Position numbers and translations under genes: made by a program. Of a stretch of 64,000 bases of DNA, positions 17,805 to 28,121 are shown one piece after another; position 1 is the first letter of the stretch; each line of letters starts with the position of its first letter. Source of the DNA: an uncultured Actinomycetota bacterium. Its GTDB lineage: Bacteria > Actinomycetota > Actinomycetes > Streptomycetales > Streptomycetaceae. A model generated the notes under the pieces. The model did not search any database, had not been told where the DNA came from, and worked only from the letters and a program-made list of their open reading frames with translations. The DNA is taken from contig CAVQCY010000002.1 in NCBI GenBank assembly GCA_963711125.1, positions 1,243,852 to 1,307,851 of the forward strand, written 5' to 3'.

Positions 17805-20324
17805 ATGAACTCCTGTGAGGCGAGAGAGTTGCTGCCACCAGGCGACACGCACGCGTCGCACCGGGCACCGGGCGACGAGCGCGCCGCGGACGGCCAGGTG
17901 GGCGGCCGCGCACCGCGCGAGGAGGACGGCGGACCGCCGACCGTGGGCGACCGCGACCGGCTGCTGACCTCCGCGGTGGTACGCGTCCTGTCCGACCTGG
18001 AGGCGTCCGCGGTGACGGCCTACCTCTACGACGAGACGGCGGGAGAGCTGGTCTCGACCGCTGCCGCGGTCACGCCGCTGGGCACCGGTTCGGTGGAGCG
18101 GGTGCCGGTGGACGGTGTGGGCTACGCTTCGGCGACCGCCTTCCGGGACGACGAGGTCTTCACCGCCTACTCGGTGCACGAACTCGGCAGCCATCCGGAG
18201 CTGGCGGTCTTCGCGCCGTTCCCGTTCACGGTGAGTTCGGTGCCGGTGACGGCCGGCGGCGAGCGGTTCGGCGCGATCGCCACGTACTGGCCGCGGATGT
18301 TCCGCCGGCTGCCGGACCGCGAGCGGGCCTACCTGGAGCGCACCGGCGCCCGGGTCGGCGAGGCGCTGCGGGAACTGGCCGTGCGGGGGGTCTCGATGCG
18401 CCCGCCGCCGGTGCCGCTGGTGATCACCGCCGAGACGGCGGGCGCGGCCGCGCCGGCGGGCCGGCCCGGCGACCGGCGGTCCGCCGACAGCACCGCGATG
18501 ACCGCGCCGCTCGTCTACCACCTGCACAAGCTGGCGAACCAGCTGGTGGGCACGGTGCGCACCGAGGACGCCGCCGCCAAGGCCGTGGAGCGCGTGGTCG
18601 ATGGGTTCGGCGCGCGGGCCATGGCGATCACGCTGGTGGAGGGCGACCGGCTGCGGGTGGTCGAGGCGCAGGGTTGCTCCCGCTCCTACCTGCGCGATCT
18701 GGACGGGCGGCCGCTCGGCCGGCGCTCGCCGGAGACCGACGCGGTCAACGAGCGGCGCCAGACGATGCGCGGCCCCGGCGACACGCACCGGCCCGGCGAC
18801 GGGCGGGACGCCCGCGCCGGTCCGGACGGCCCGGACGCCGGCACGGCATCCGACGCACCGGACGGCTCCGGCGCGGGCACGCCCGGCGACGGGTACGGCA
18901 CCACCGGCGCGGAGGACGCGCCCGGCGCCGGGTCGGAGCCGGGCCGGCTGGCGTGGACGGTGCTGCCGCTGCTGGCCGGCGGGCACGCGGTGGGCAGCTG
19001 CTCGATCGGCTTCACCCCGGAGCGCAGCAAGGTGGTCAACCAGCACTCGGTGCTCGTCGCGCTGGCCACGCTGCTCGGCCAGACCTTCGAACGCACCCGG
19101 ATGTACGACGCCAAGCACGCCCTGGCCCAGGACCTCCAGCAGGCGCTGCTACCGCGCATGCTGCCGCAACTGCCCGGCGTGCTGACCACCAGCCGCTACC
19201 GCTCGACCGGCGGCGGGATAGAGCTGGGCGGCGACTGGTACGACCTGATCAGCCTGCCGGACGGCCGGATCGCGGCGATCATCGGCGACGTGCAGGGCCA
19301 CAACATCTCGGCCGCCGTGGTGATGGGCCAACTGCGCAGCGCGGTCCGGGCGTACGCGGCCGAGGGGCACGCCCCGGCCGACGTGCTGGCGCGCACCAAC
19401 CGGCTGCTGGTCGAACTGGACACCGACCGGTTCGCCACCTGCTGCTGCGTGCGGCTGGACCCGCGCACCGGGGTGGCGGAGATCGTCAGCGCCGGGCACC
19501 ACCTGCCGCTGATCCGCTTCCCGGACGGTCGCTACCCCACCCGGCACGTCGAGATCGGCATCCCGATGGGCATCGAGCGGGACGTTCGCTACCGCGCCAC
19601 CCGGATCACGCTGGAGCCGGGCACGCTGCTCGGCCTGTACACCGGCGGTCTGCTCGGCCGGGACGAGCGGACGGTGCGGTCCGGGTTCGGCGACGCGGTC
19701 CGGGAGTCCGGCGGGGAACTGGAGACGCTCGGTGACCTGATGATCGACCGGGTGGCCGAGCGCGGTTCGCGCACCGACGACGCCGCGCTGCTGCTGATGC
19801 GCTACGAGGGAACGTCGGCGCAGGCCCGGCTGCACGTGCGGCGACTGGCGATCCACCGGCGCGACCTGCGCGGCGTGCGGCGGGCCCGGCAGTTCCTGCG
19901 CGAGTGGTTGCGCGGCATGGAGCTGTCCGGGCTGTCCGAGGAGGCCGAACTGCTGACCTCGGAGGTGATCACCAACGCGCTGGTGCACGGCGACACCGAC
20001 GTCGACATCCGGGTGCGCCGCTACCCGGGCCGGGTGCGGGTGGAGGTCCGCGACTCCGACCCGCGGCACCTGGCGCTGCCCACCCCGGTCGCGTTGCGGG
20101 ACGACGAGTCGGAGGGCGGGCGCGGCCTGCTCATCGTCTCGGCGCTCGCCTCGGCGTGGGGCAACTCGCCCAGCGGACGCGGGAAGACGGTCTGGTTCGA
20201 ACTGCCCACCGAGACCTCGTCCCCGGTGGCGGAGCGGTCCGAGCGGCCGGAGCCGGCGGGCGAGCCGCGGCCGCCGCCGCCGACGGAGCCGGCGGGTGGG
20301 CCGCGGTCGTCGGCCCCGGCCTGA
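17805..20324 (+). CDS. Multidomain signalling protein: GAF + PP2C/SpoIIE phosphatase + RsbW-like HATPase
   Basis: The PP2C region reads GGDWYDLISLPDGRIAAIIGDVQGHNISAAVVMGQLR. The C-terminal HATPase_c reads EAELLTSEVITNALVHGDTDVDIRV. ATG at 17805 has GAGGAA upstream. Confidence 0.7.
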   Translation: MNSCEARELLPPGDTHASHRAPGDERAADGQVGGRAPREEDGGPPTVGDRDRLLTSAVVRVLSDLEASAVTAYLYDETAGELVSTAAAVTPLGTGSVERVPVDGVGYASATAFRDDEVFTAYSVHELGSHPELAVFAPFPFTVSSVPVTAGGERFGAIATYWPRMFRRLPDRERAYLERTGARVGEALRELAVRGVSMRPPPVPLVITAETAGAAAPAGRPGDRRSADSTAMTAPLVYHLHKLANQLVGTVRTEDAAAKAVERVVDGFGARAMAITLVEGDRLRVVEAQGCSRSYLRDLDGRPLGRRSPETDAVNERRQTMRGPGDTHRPGDGRDARAGPDGPDAGTASDAPDGSGAGTPGDGYGTTGAEDAPGAGSEPGRLAWTVLPLLAGGHAVGSCSIGFTPERSKVVNQHSVLVALATLLGQTFERTRMYDAKHALAQDLQQALLPRMLPQLPGVLTTSRYRSTGGGIELGGDWYDLISLPDGRIAAIIGDVQGHNISAAVVMGQLRSAVRAYAAEGHAPADVLARTNRLLVELDTDRFATCCCVRLDPRTGVAEIVSAGHHLPLIRFPDGRYPTRHVEIGIPMGIERDVRYRATRITLEPGTLLGLYTGGLLGRDERTVRSGFGDAVRESGGELETLGDLMIDRVAERGSRTDDAALLLMRYEGTSAQARLHVRRLAIHRRDLRGVRRARQFLREWLRGMELSGLSEEAELLTSEVITNALVHGDTDVDIRVRRYPGRVRVEVRDSDPRHLALPTPVALRDDESEGGRGLLIVSALASAWGNSPSGRGKTVWFELPTETSSPVAERSERPEPAGEPRPPPPTEPAGGPRSSAPA

Positions 20325-20366
20325 GCACCCGGGTCGCCGTCCCCGGGCCGCCCCGGCCATCCCGGG

Positions 20367-20978
20367 TCAGCCCCTCGGGCCCGGGCCGGGGTGGCCGGGG
20401 CCGTGGTGCGGAGCGCCGTGCCGGCCGGGGCCGGGGTGGCCCGGGCCGTGCGGCGGGCCCGCGCCGGGCGGCGGCGGGGGCGGCATCGTCGCCACGTCCG
20501 GCGCCGATTCCGGCCAGACCAGCAGGACCGGGCAGGGCGCGTGGTCCACGACGAAGCGGCTGGCCGGGCCGAGGCTGCGCGGGCCCAGGTGGCCGCGGTC
20601 GCCGTCCCGGGTCAGCACCAGCAGGTCGGCGCCGGCCGCCGCGGTCACCACCTCCCGTTCCACCCGGCCGGACCGCTCCACCCGTTCGCAGCCGCGGCCC
20701 AGCCGTTCGGCCGCCTCCCGCAGCAACTCGGCGGCCGACCGCGAGCCGAGTTCCTCCAGCGCGTCGCCCGGGTCGCGCTCCGGACTGCCGCGCCCGAGCA
20801 GCCCGGCGAACGCGCCGTGCGCCGCCTGCGCCGCGTCCGGCGTGCTCACGTGCAGCAGCACCACGTCCGCGTCCGCGGCCGCGTGCGCGCGCACCGCGTC
20901 CACGCACGCGGGCCAGGTCCCCTCGACGATCCACGCCACCACGGTCGGTGTGCCCGACGCGATCCCGATCCCGGTCAT
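20367..20978 (-). CDS. Universal stress protein (UspA family) with Pro/His/Gly-rich C-terminal tail
   Basis: The USP fold is present with RFVVDHAPCPVLLVWPE. The repetitive tail reads PPPPPPGAGPPHGPGHPGPGRHGAPHHGPGHPGPGPRG. Confidence 0.7.
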   Translation of the reverse strand: MTGIGIASGTPTVVAWIVEGTWPACVDAVRAHAAADADVVLLHVSTPDAAQAAHGAFAGLLGRGSPERDPGDALEELGSRSAAELLREAAERLGRGCERVERSGRVEREVVTAAAGADLLVLTRDGDRGHLGPRSLGPASRFVVDHAPCPVLLVWPESAPDVATMPPPPPPGAGPPHGPGHPGPGRHGAPHHGPGHPGPGPRG

Positions 20979-21034
20979 CCCCCCACCATGGCACGGCCGG
21001 CCACCGGACCGTGCGGGGCACACGCCGGGGCCGG

Positions 21035-22288
21035 TCAGGCCAGTGCGAGCGAGGCGGCCCACAGCGACAGCGCCGCCAGCACCAGCGCCGCGGGCACGGT
21101 GAGCAGCCCGAGCAGGGTGAACTCGCGGAGTCCGGCGGGGGCGTCGTGGTGGTGCAGGATCCGGCGCCACAACAGGGTGGCGAGCGAGCCGGCGTAGGTC
21201 AGGTTGGGGCCGATGTTGACGCCGACCAGCACGGCGAGCACGGCGACCGGGCCGTGGTGCGCGGTCAGCGGCAGCAGCACCAGCACCGCCGGCAGGTTGT
21301 TGATGACGTTGGCCAGCACGGCGGCCAGTGTGGCGGTGCCCAGCAGGGCCGCCGGTCCGGTGCCGTCCGGCACCAGGTGGCCGAGCGCGCCGGACAGTCC
21401 GTTGTCCACCACGGCCCGCACCACGACGCCCAGGCACAGCACGAACGCCAGGAACGGGAGCGCCGCCGCGCCGACCAGCCCGCGCGGTGTGGTGCGCCGG
21501 CGCAGCAGCGCGCGCACCGCCAGCACGCCGGCGCCGGCCGCGGCCGCCCACGCCGGATCGACCCCCGCCGCCGAGGCCGCGACGAAGCCGGCCAGCGTGC
21601 AGGCGACCGTGACCAGTGAGAACCGCGGCACCCCGGGGTCATCGGCGGCGGGGGGCGGACCCGCGCCGGCGTCCAGGTCGGTGGCGAACCAGCGCCGGAA
21701 GACCAGGTACTCCACCCCGATCGCCACCACCCAGGGCAGCGCCATCAGCCCGGCGAACCGGGCGAAGGCCAGCCCGCTGGCCGCGAACGCCAGCAGGTTC
21801 GTCAGGTTGGAGACCGGCAGCAGCAGCGAGGCGGTGTTCGACAGGTGGGTGCAGGCGTACACGTGCGGCTTGGCGCGCGCGCCGAGCCGGGCGGAGGTGG
21901 CGAACACCACCGGGGTGAGCAGCACGACGGTGGCGTCCAGGCTGAGCACCGCGGTGATCACCGAGGCCAGCACGAAGATCGCCGCGAGCAGCCGCCGGGG
22001 CCGGCCGGCCGACGCGCGCGCCATCCACCGGCCGCCCGCCTCGAACAGCCCGTCGTCGTCGCAGAGCCGGGCCAGTACCAGCACGGCCGCCAGGAAGCCG
22101 AGTACCGGGGCGAGCCGGGCCGCCTCGGCCCGCGCGTCCTGCCAGCCGATCGCCCCGCAGGCCACCACGACCAGCGCGGCGGGCACCGCGAAGACCGCCT
22201 CCGGCCAGCCCTTCGGCCGTACCACCGCGCACGCCAGCACCACCAGCAGCAGCGTGACGGACAACGCCTCGGCGAACGCGGTGCTCAC
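21035..22288 (-). CDS. ArsB/NhaD-superfamily permease (anion/arsenite-type transporter)
   Basis: 417 aa with about 10-12 predicted transmembrane helices. Composition and motifs resemble ArsB/NhaD/CitMHS permeases. Confidence 0.6.
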   Translation of the reverse strand: MSTAFAEALSVTLLLVVLACAVVRPKGWPEAVFAVPAALVVVACGAIGWQDARAEAARLAPVLGFLAAVLVLARLCDDDGLFEAGGRWMARASAGRPRRLLAAIFVLASVITAVLSLDATVVLLTPVVFATSARLGARAKPHVYACTHLSNTASLLLPVSNLTNLLAFAASGLAFARFAGLMALPWVVAIGVEYLVFRRWFATDLDAGAGPPPAADDPGVPRFSLVTVACTLAGFVAASAAGVDPAWAAAAGAGVLAVRALLRRRTTPRGLVGAAALPFLAFVLCLGVVVRAVVDNGLSGALGHLVPDGTGPAALLGTATLAAVLANVINNLPAVLVLLPLTAHHGPVAVLAVLVGVNIGPNLTYAGSLATLLWRRILHHHDAPAGLREFTLLGLLTVPAALVLAALSLWAASLALA

Positions 22289-22577
22289 GGCGGCTCCTCA
22301 CCGGGTCTCGAATGCGCCCATGGAACCAGACGAGCCCGGCGAATCGGTCCCGCGCCCCCGTGACACCGCTGGTCGGGCCGGCGCGGTGGGCGGGCGCGGG
22401 CGTGCGCCGCCGTGTCCGGTCCCGTGTCCGATCGCGGCACCGCGGGCCGCCCCGCCGACGCCCGCGGCGGCGCCCGGGAGCGGGTGCGCGCCGTGCGCCG
22501 GCAGGACGCCGCGTCCCGGGTCGTCCCCCGCTACCGGCGGACGGCCCCCTTCGCGGTGTCCGGCACCGCGAGGGCCG

Positions 22578-23867
22578 TCAGGCGCCGGCGTAGAGGCCGG
22601 ACCGCTCCAGGGCGCGCAGCCGCCGGGTGTCCGCCTCGATGGCCGCCGGGTCGTCGGAACAGAGGTAGACCGCGCCGGGGCAGGTGGCCAGATCGACGGT
22701 CCGCGGCGCCGGGCCGCCCGGCCGGAGGTTCAGCGCCAGTCCGGCGAAGGAGCCGAGGGCGCGCACCGGGTCCCACCCCGCGCCGACCGGCACCACCGCG
22801 TCGTCCTCGCTGATCAGGTTGACGCAGCGCAGTCGTGAGCGCAGCCGGTACGGCGTCCGGGCGTGCCGCAGGAACTCCTCTGGCCGGGCGATGGACAGGG
22901 CCAGGGAGGCGACCTGGTCGGTTCCGACGCAGCGGGACAGCGCGTCCGGCATCTGCCCGCCGCCGATGCGCGCCCCGCACTCGACGAGGACCGGACCGTC
23001 GCCGGTCAGCATGACCTCCGTGTGCGCCGCGCCGTTGCGGATCTCCAACGCGTCGAGCACGTCGAGGACGTACCCGGCCACCCGGGAGCCCCCCGGCTCG
23101 TCCGGCGGCAGCAGGTCCTCGTAGTCGTTGATGGAACGGCCCCCCGGGACGGGCCGCTTGCGGTAGTGCCAGATCTCGATGATCCGGTGCACCCCGTCCC
23201 GGCTGACGGTGTTGACGTAGTGTTCCTCGCCCGCGAGGAACTGCTGCGCCAGGACGGTGGGGTTGGTGCGACCGTACCGGTCGGCGTCGGCCGTGATCCT
23301 GCGGTGTGCGGCGACGACCGCCGCCGGGTCGTCGCAGAAGATCACGTTGTCGGTGCCCGCGCTGGCCGGCGGTTTGAGCACGACGGGCCACCGGCCGCGG
23401 GCCCGCGCCCACTCCAGGATCACGTCGGCGGACGACGAGGTGACGCCGTCGGCGGCCGTCAGTCCCGCCGCGCGCACCGCCTGGTGCATGGCGTACTTGT
23501 CGCGGCGCGCCTCCGGTCGCGACATACCGTTGCCCGGGGTGCCGAGCTCGGCCGACAGTTCGTTGGCGAGGAGCACCCCGGACTCGGCGGCGGCGACGAC
23601 GTGCCCCACACCCAGGCCGCGCAGCCGCTCGGCGGTGGCGGGCAGGTCGCCCTCGTGCCGCACCTCGACGGTGAAGTCCTCGGGGCGGTAGGCGAGTCTG
23701 GTGTCTGGGAACGGGGAGCGGACGTGCAGGAACTCCACCCCGTGGCGGCGCAGCGCCGGGGGCAGCAGGCGGCCGGCGCCGTAGGCGTCGACCACGGCGC
23801 AGGTCGTCCTCCCGCGCGACGACCCGGACTTCGGCACGTCGGCGCCGTCCGCCTCGGGGTTCGTCAT
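22578..23867 (-). CDS. ATP-grasp domain ligase
   Basis: The region WPVVLKPPASAGTDNVIFCDD...LAQQFLAGEEHYVNTV...HTEVMLTGDGPVLVECGARIGG matches ATP-grasp carboxylate-amine ligases. The start overlaps the upstream EamA stop (ATGA). Confidence 0.7.
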   Translation of the reverse strand: MTNPEADGADVPKSGSSRGRTTCAVVDAYGAGRLLPPALRRHGVEFLHVRSPFPDTRLAYRPEDFTVEVRHEGDLPATAERLRGLGVGHVVAAAESGVLLANELSAELGTPGNGMSRPEARRDKYAMHQAVRAAGLTAADGVTSSSADVILEWARARGRWPVVLKPPASAGTDNVIFCDDPAAVVAAHRRITADADRYGRTNPTVLAQQFLAGEEHYVNTVSRDGVHRIIEIWHYRKRPVPGGRSINDYEDLLPPDEPGGSRVAGYVLDVLDALEIRNGAAHTEVMLTGDGPVLVECGARIGGGQMPDALSRCVGTDQVASLALSIARPEEFLRHARTPYRLRSRLRCVNLISEDDAVVPVGAGWDPVRALGSFAGLALNLRPGGPAPRTVDLATCPGAVYLCSDDPAAIEADTRRLRALERSGLYAGA

Positions 23868-24883
23868 CGGGCACCGTCCCAGGTCTTCGTGGGGTCGGGC
23901 GGGTTCGTCGGGAGGTCGGCCGCCGGAGCCGCCGACCGCCCCCGGCGGCGGTCGTCCCGGGCCCGCTGCACGATGCCCGCCGACACCAGGGTGATGAGCG
24001 CGAACGTGCACACCCAGCTGACCGGCGACGGCGTGAGCCGGCCGTCGAACAGTTGCAGGAGCAGGGTGACCAGGGGGGACGCCGACAGGAGCAGCGACGT
24101 GGTGATCGGCTCGGTGTGCCGGATGCCGATCTGCAGGACGTAGATCGGCAGGCCCACGCCGATGACCGCGACGACGACGGCGGGCCACCACGCCCGCCCG
24201 ACGGCCGGCTGCTGGGTGAACGCGGTCATGACCCAGGCGACGGCGATCATCAGCAAGAAGCGGATGGCGAGGACGGACTGCGGCGTCTGGCCGGCCTCGC
24301 TGAGCCGCTTCATGTAGATGATGTTGGCGGCGGATCCGGCCCCGCAGGCGAGCGCCAGCAGGAACCCGGCGACGGCCTCCCCGCCGCTGATCGAGCCGAT
24401 GGCGCTGTGGCCCGCGAAGGACTCCCACACCAGGACCGCGAGCACCGCGCAGACGCCGATCGACACGGTGGTCTCGGACCGCAGCGCCGTGCCGCCGCGA
24501 CGCAGCACGGGCCCCATCAGGACCGTGAGGATCGGCCCGAGCGCCACCACCACGACGCTCACCACGGCCGGTTCGAGGTACTTGAGGGCGAACAGCATCG
24601 ACAGCCAGGTCACCGCGGTGGTCACGTTGATCGCGGCCACGTCGTACGGGTGGTCGAGCAGCGCGCCCAGGGTGGAAGGCAGCCGGCCGAGCACCGCCTG
24701 CAGGGCGAGGAAGAACGCCGCGGTGAGCGAGAACGAGACCGCGGCGAGCACCTGGGGGCTGACGCGCTGGACCGTGCTGCCCCCGTAGACGTCGAGCGCG
24801 GCGGTCAGCACCGTGAAGCCGAGGATCGGCACGATGCCGCCGGCGAGGCGGGACGCCTGGGCTTGGGTGGGAGTGTCAGGCAA
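23864..24883 (-). CDS. EamA/DMT-family transporter
   Basis: 10-TM drug/metabolite transporter topology. Translationally coupled in the operon. Confidence 0.7.
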   Translation of the reverse strand: MPDTPTQAQASRLAGGIVPILGFTVLTAALDVYGGSTVQRVSPQVLAAVSFSLTAAFFLALQAVLGRLPSTLGALLDHPYDVAAINVTTAVTWLSMLFALKYLEPAVVSVVVVALGPILTVLMGPVLRRGGTALRSETTVSIGVCAVLAVLVWESFAGHSAIGSISGGEAVAGFLLALACGAGSAANIIYMKRLSEAGQTPQSVLAIRFLLMIAVAWVMTAFTQQPAVGRAWWPAVVVAVIGVGLPIYVLQIGIRHTEPITTSLLLSASPLVTLLLQLFDGRLTPSPVSWVCTFALITLVSAGIVQRARDDRRRGRSAAPAADLPTNPPDPTKTWDGAR

Positions 24884-26854
24884 TTACGGGGTCTCCGATA
24901 CGGACGTGAGGACGTTCGGTGCGGCGGGGCCCGGGGCGCCGGGCGCCGGCGCCGTGGCCGTGGCGAAGTAGTGCGCTCCGGTCTCGTGGTTGTCGAGGTG
25001 GAGGTAGAAGCCGATCCGGGACCGGAACTCGTACGTCGTCGGGTTCGGCTCGGGAGGCGTCACCACGCCCGAGGCGAGCCGCTCGTAGGCCGCGAGGACG
25101 TCGAACGGGAACCGCACCGGTTCCCGGCTCACGTAGGCGTCGGCGTCCTCGTCCGTGCGCCAGCCGTCGGTCAGGCCCGCCCCCGGCGGCTGGTAGACCG
25201 GGCGGGAGAGCCGCTCGAAGCGGTACAGGTGCGGTCCGCACTCCCTCCAGGCCGACGGGAAGCGGGAGACGACCTGCTCGTTCCACCAGCGCTCGACCTC
25301 GGCGTCGAGTGCCGGGTCGGAATAGAGGATGCGGTGCCCGGCCGCGACGGCCGGCGACTCGGCGAGTACCGGGAACGCCTCGCGGAACGCCACCACGGAC
25401 GGGTGGTCGCAGGCGTCGATCCACTCCAGCAGCGATCGGACCACCTGCGACTGGGTCATCCCGGCGAGCAGCCGGGCGGGGTGCCACAGCCGTTTGAAGT
25501 ACTGGTTCTCGCCCAGGATGCGGGCGAGGAACATGAAGCGCTGCATCGCGAAGTTCTCGGCGAGGGTGGCGCTGCGGCTGGCGAGCACGTACTCGAAGTC
25601 GTCCGACTCTCCGCGCACGGTGACGAAGCCGTGGAGTTCCCGCTGCTCGCTGTAGGCGGTGTTGGGCAGGAGCAGCAGCGGGTAGACCGCGATGCGGGGC
25701 ACCTTCTCGGCGATCCTGTCGTAGCCGTCGAGGAACGACTCCACGGTCTCCCCGGGGGCGCCCCAGATCAGCTCGACGAAGGATTCCATACCCTCGGCGG
25801 CCAGCCATTCGGCGAGGTCCTGCCACTGGTTGAGCTTCATGTTGCGGCGCCGCATGTCGGTGAGCGCCTCGTCGGAGAGGGTCTGTAGGGCGAGGGTGAA
25901 GGAACTCTTGAAGCCGTGCTTCTTCAGAGTGCGCACGATGCGGTGGAAGCGTTCGGACTTGTTCTTGGCCCAGTTGGCCTCCAGCGAGGTGGGGTACCCG
26001 TACTTCTCACGGGTCCTCAGCAGGTCCTCGGTGAACTCCTCGTCGGCTTCGAGCATCCCGAAGTTCGCGTCGCACAGGAAGACGGTGGGGACCTGGTGGT
26101 ACCCGAACAGGTCCAGTTCGGCGGCGAGCCGGTCCCGGGAGAACGAACGCACCCGCTGGCCGGTCGCCCCGCCCCAATAGCAGAACGAACAGCGGTACGG
26201 ACAGCCGCGGTTGGTCTCCATCAGCGCGAACTCGTACGGGAAGCGGCCCTTCCGGTCGAGCAGGGGTATCGCACCGGTGAGGAACGGGGAGGGGATGACG
26301 TCGAGGTCGTCGATCCTGGGCCGGTCGGTCGTGGTGGTGAACTCGCCGCCGCCGGTGCGGTACGACAGGCCGGGCACGGCGGCGAGGCCGGGGGCGCGGC
26401 GGTCGGACAGGACGGCCGCGACCAGTTCGCGGAACGTCAGCTCACCCTCGCCGTTGACCACGATGTCGACGGCCGGACACTCCCGGAACACCTTCTGGGC
26501 CTGGTGGCTCACGTGGTTCCCCCCGAAGACCGTGAAGCCGTCGGGTTTCAACTGCTTGTGGACGTCCGCGAGAAGGGAGAAGTTCCGGTAGTTCCACCCC
26601 ACGACGGAGAACGCGAGGAGGTCCGGTACCTCCTTGTTGAAGATGACCCGTGCCATCTCGTTCACGGACCATCCACCGCGCATGTTGTGGATTCGTACCT
26701 CGACTTCGGGGCCCAGGTCGGGATCGGTGTCGAGTAACGCCTTCAGGTAGCCGGCGGCCAGCGGCATGGAATCAACGGGAAGGTCCCAAGCGCTCTGCTG
26801 GACCAAGCCGATCGTGAGCATGTCCGTCCACCTCCGTGACGAAGTCCGTGACAC
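24884..26854 (-). CDS. B12-binding radical SAM enzyme (class B rSAM, methyltransferase-like) with long C-terminal extension
   Basis: An N-terminal cobalamin-binding domain precedes a radical SAM core with CPYRCSFCYW (CxxxCxxC). Total length is 656 aa. Confidence 0.8.
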   Translation of the reverse strand: MSRTSSRRWTDMLTIGLVQQSAWDLPVDSMPLAAGYLKALLDTDPDLGPEVEVRIHNMRGGWSVNEMARVIFNKEVPDLLAFSVVGWNYRNFSLLADVHKQLKPDGFTVFGGNHVSHQAQKVFRECPAVDIVVNGEGELTFRELVAAVLSDRRAPGLAAVPGLSYRTGGGEFTTTTDRPRIDDLDVIPSPFLTGAIPLLDRKGRFPYEFALMETNRGCPYRCSFCYWGGATGQRVRSFSRDRLAAELDLFGYHQVPTVFLCDANFGMLEADEEFTEDLLRTREKYGYPTSLEANWAKNKSERFHRIVRTLKKHGFKSSFTLALQTLSDEALTDMRRRNMKLNQWQDLAEWLAAEGMESFVELIWGAPGETVESFLDGYDRIAEKVPRIAVYPLLLLPNTAYSEQRELHGFVTVRGESDDFEYVLASRSATLAENFAMQRFMFLARILGENQYFKRLWHPARLLAGMTQSQVVRSLLEWIDACDHPSVVAFREAFPVLAESPAVAAGHRILYSDPALDAEVERWWNEQVVSRFPSAWRECGPHLYRFERLSRPVYQPPGAGLTDGWRTDEDADAYVSREPVRFPFDVLAAYERLASGVVTPPEPNPTTYEFRSRIGFYLHLDNHETGAHYFATATAPAPGAPGPAAPNVLTSVSETP

Positions 26855-26863
26855 GTGCCGTTC

Positions 26864-27646
26864 TCAGTCGCCGGCCACCCAGGTGACCTCCGTGTCCGCG
26901 CCGTACCCGAAGTCGTACCGCGTCACGCTCCGGCTGTGCGGGGCCACCCGGTCCGCGAGTTCGTGCTGCGCCCGGGCCAGCAGGTCCGGGCCGATCACCG
27001 GGGCGATGCCCTCCAGGAGGAGCATCACGTCGCGGCTGTCGGGGGTGACCTTGGTGGTGTCCGCGTCCCGGTGGTTCCAGTGCCGCGTCAGGACGTGCGG
27101 ACCGTCGCCGTAGACGACCTCGCCCCTGGCGGGCGTCTCCCGCTCGTCGGGCTTGCCCAGTGGCACGTGCGTGTCGCCGGGACGCGCGTAGCGCAGGCGG
27201 AAGCCGTCCGTGACGCCCCGCAGGTCGTACCCGCCGGTCGGCAGCACGTACCTCATGGACACCAGGTTGCAGGTGTCCACCAGCGGCGAGATGCGCGGCA
27301 GCCGACCCGCCTTCACGAGCCGGCGCCGCAGCGCGTCGACGCTCGGTCGTGTGCGCCGGGGGTTGGTTCCGAAGCTGCGGAGCAGGTCGTGCCAGACCGC
27401 GATGGCCGGATCGTCCTCCTGCGGCACCGTCCGTGTGCCGTCGCGCACTTCGGCCTCCAGACGCGACAGTTCCTCCTCGGTCTCCGGCCACGGCGCGGTG
27501 TTGCGCAGACCGAGTACGAGCACCGCGGCGGTGCGGCAGTCCGGGTAGCGGGCGGCGACGTCGGGGGACACGCCCAGGCGCAGGGTGCGGCGGGACCGCT
27601 TCGGCGTGTCGGCCGTACGGGCGCCGGTGTATGTCGGGTGGGTCAT
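26864..27646 (-). CDS. B3/4 (PheT editing-domain-like, tRNA-binding) domain protein
   Basis: The region VDTCNLVSMRYVLPTGGYDL...HVLTRHW...VMLLLEGIA resembles the B3/4 domain. It is first in the operon and ends 9 bp before the rSAM start. Confidence 0.55.
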   Translation of the reverse strand: MTHPTYTGARTADTPKRSRRTLRLGVSPDVAARYPDCRTAAVLVLGLRNTAPWPETEEELSRLEAEVRDGTRTVPQEDDPAIAVWHDLLRSFGTNPRRTRPSVDALRRRLVKAGRLPRISPLVDTCNLVSMRYVLPTGGYDLRGVTDGFRLRYARPGDTHVPLGKPDERETPARGEVVYGDGPHVLTRHWNHRDADTTKVTPDSRDVMLLLEGIAPVIGPDLLARAQHELADRVAPHSRSVTRYDFGYGADTEVTWVAGD

Positions 27647-28121
27647 CGAGGAGGTTCCAGGACTTCCGGTGAGTGCGGGGTACGTGGCGCTCGGGGCGAG
27701 GTCGGTGGGCCGGTCGGGCGGACGACTGGTCAACGGGCGATCGGCTGCTTCGGACACGGGTGGCCCGGATGCACCGCAGGCCGCCCGCCGGGCGGCCTGT
27801 CTTGTTTCGCGTCACCCATTCCGCACGCCGGGCGTCCCGACGGCCGGGAGAAGGCGACCGACGTGGCCGTGGCGGCTCCGACTGTACGTGAGGAAGGATC
27901 GGCCGGACAGGAATCGGCACGGTCGCGGATTCGGAGCGGTGGGATTCGGCCACCGTTTACAAGTGAATATCGGCGTCAACCACGACATCGCCGAGAAGTG
28001 GGGCGGATGAAGGGAAGAGTGATTCAGGTCACATCATCCGGGGTGGGCTTGCTGTCCGCCCACAGGTACCGCACCGTGAAGTCGCGCAATCGGATCCGCT
28101 CGAGACGAAGGGCCGCATGAA

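Noticed and set aside
20367-20470. Repetitive GC-rich DNA encoding the USP Pro/His/Gly tail
   Set aside because: It is in frame with a well-supported USP domain. It is treated as a low-complexity tail, not an independent repeat element.
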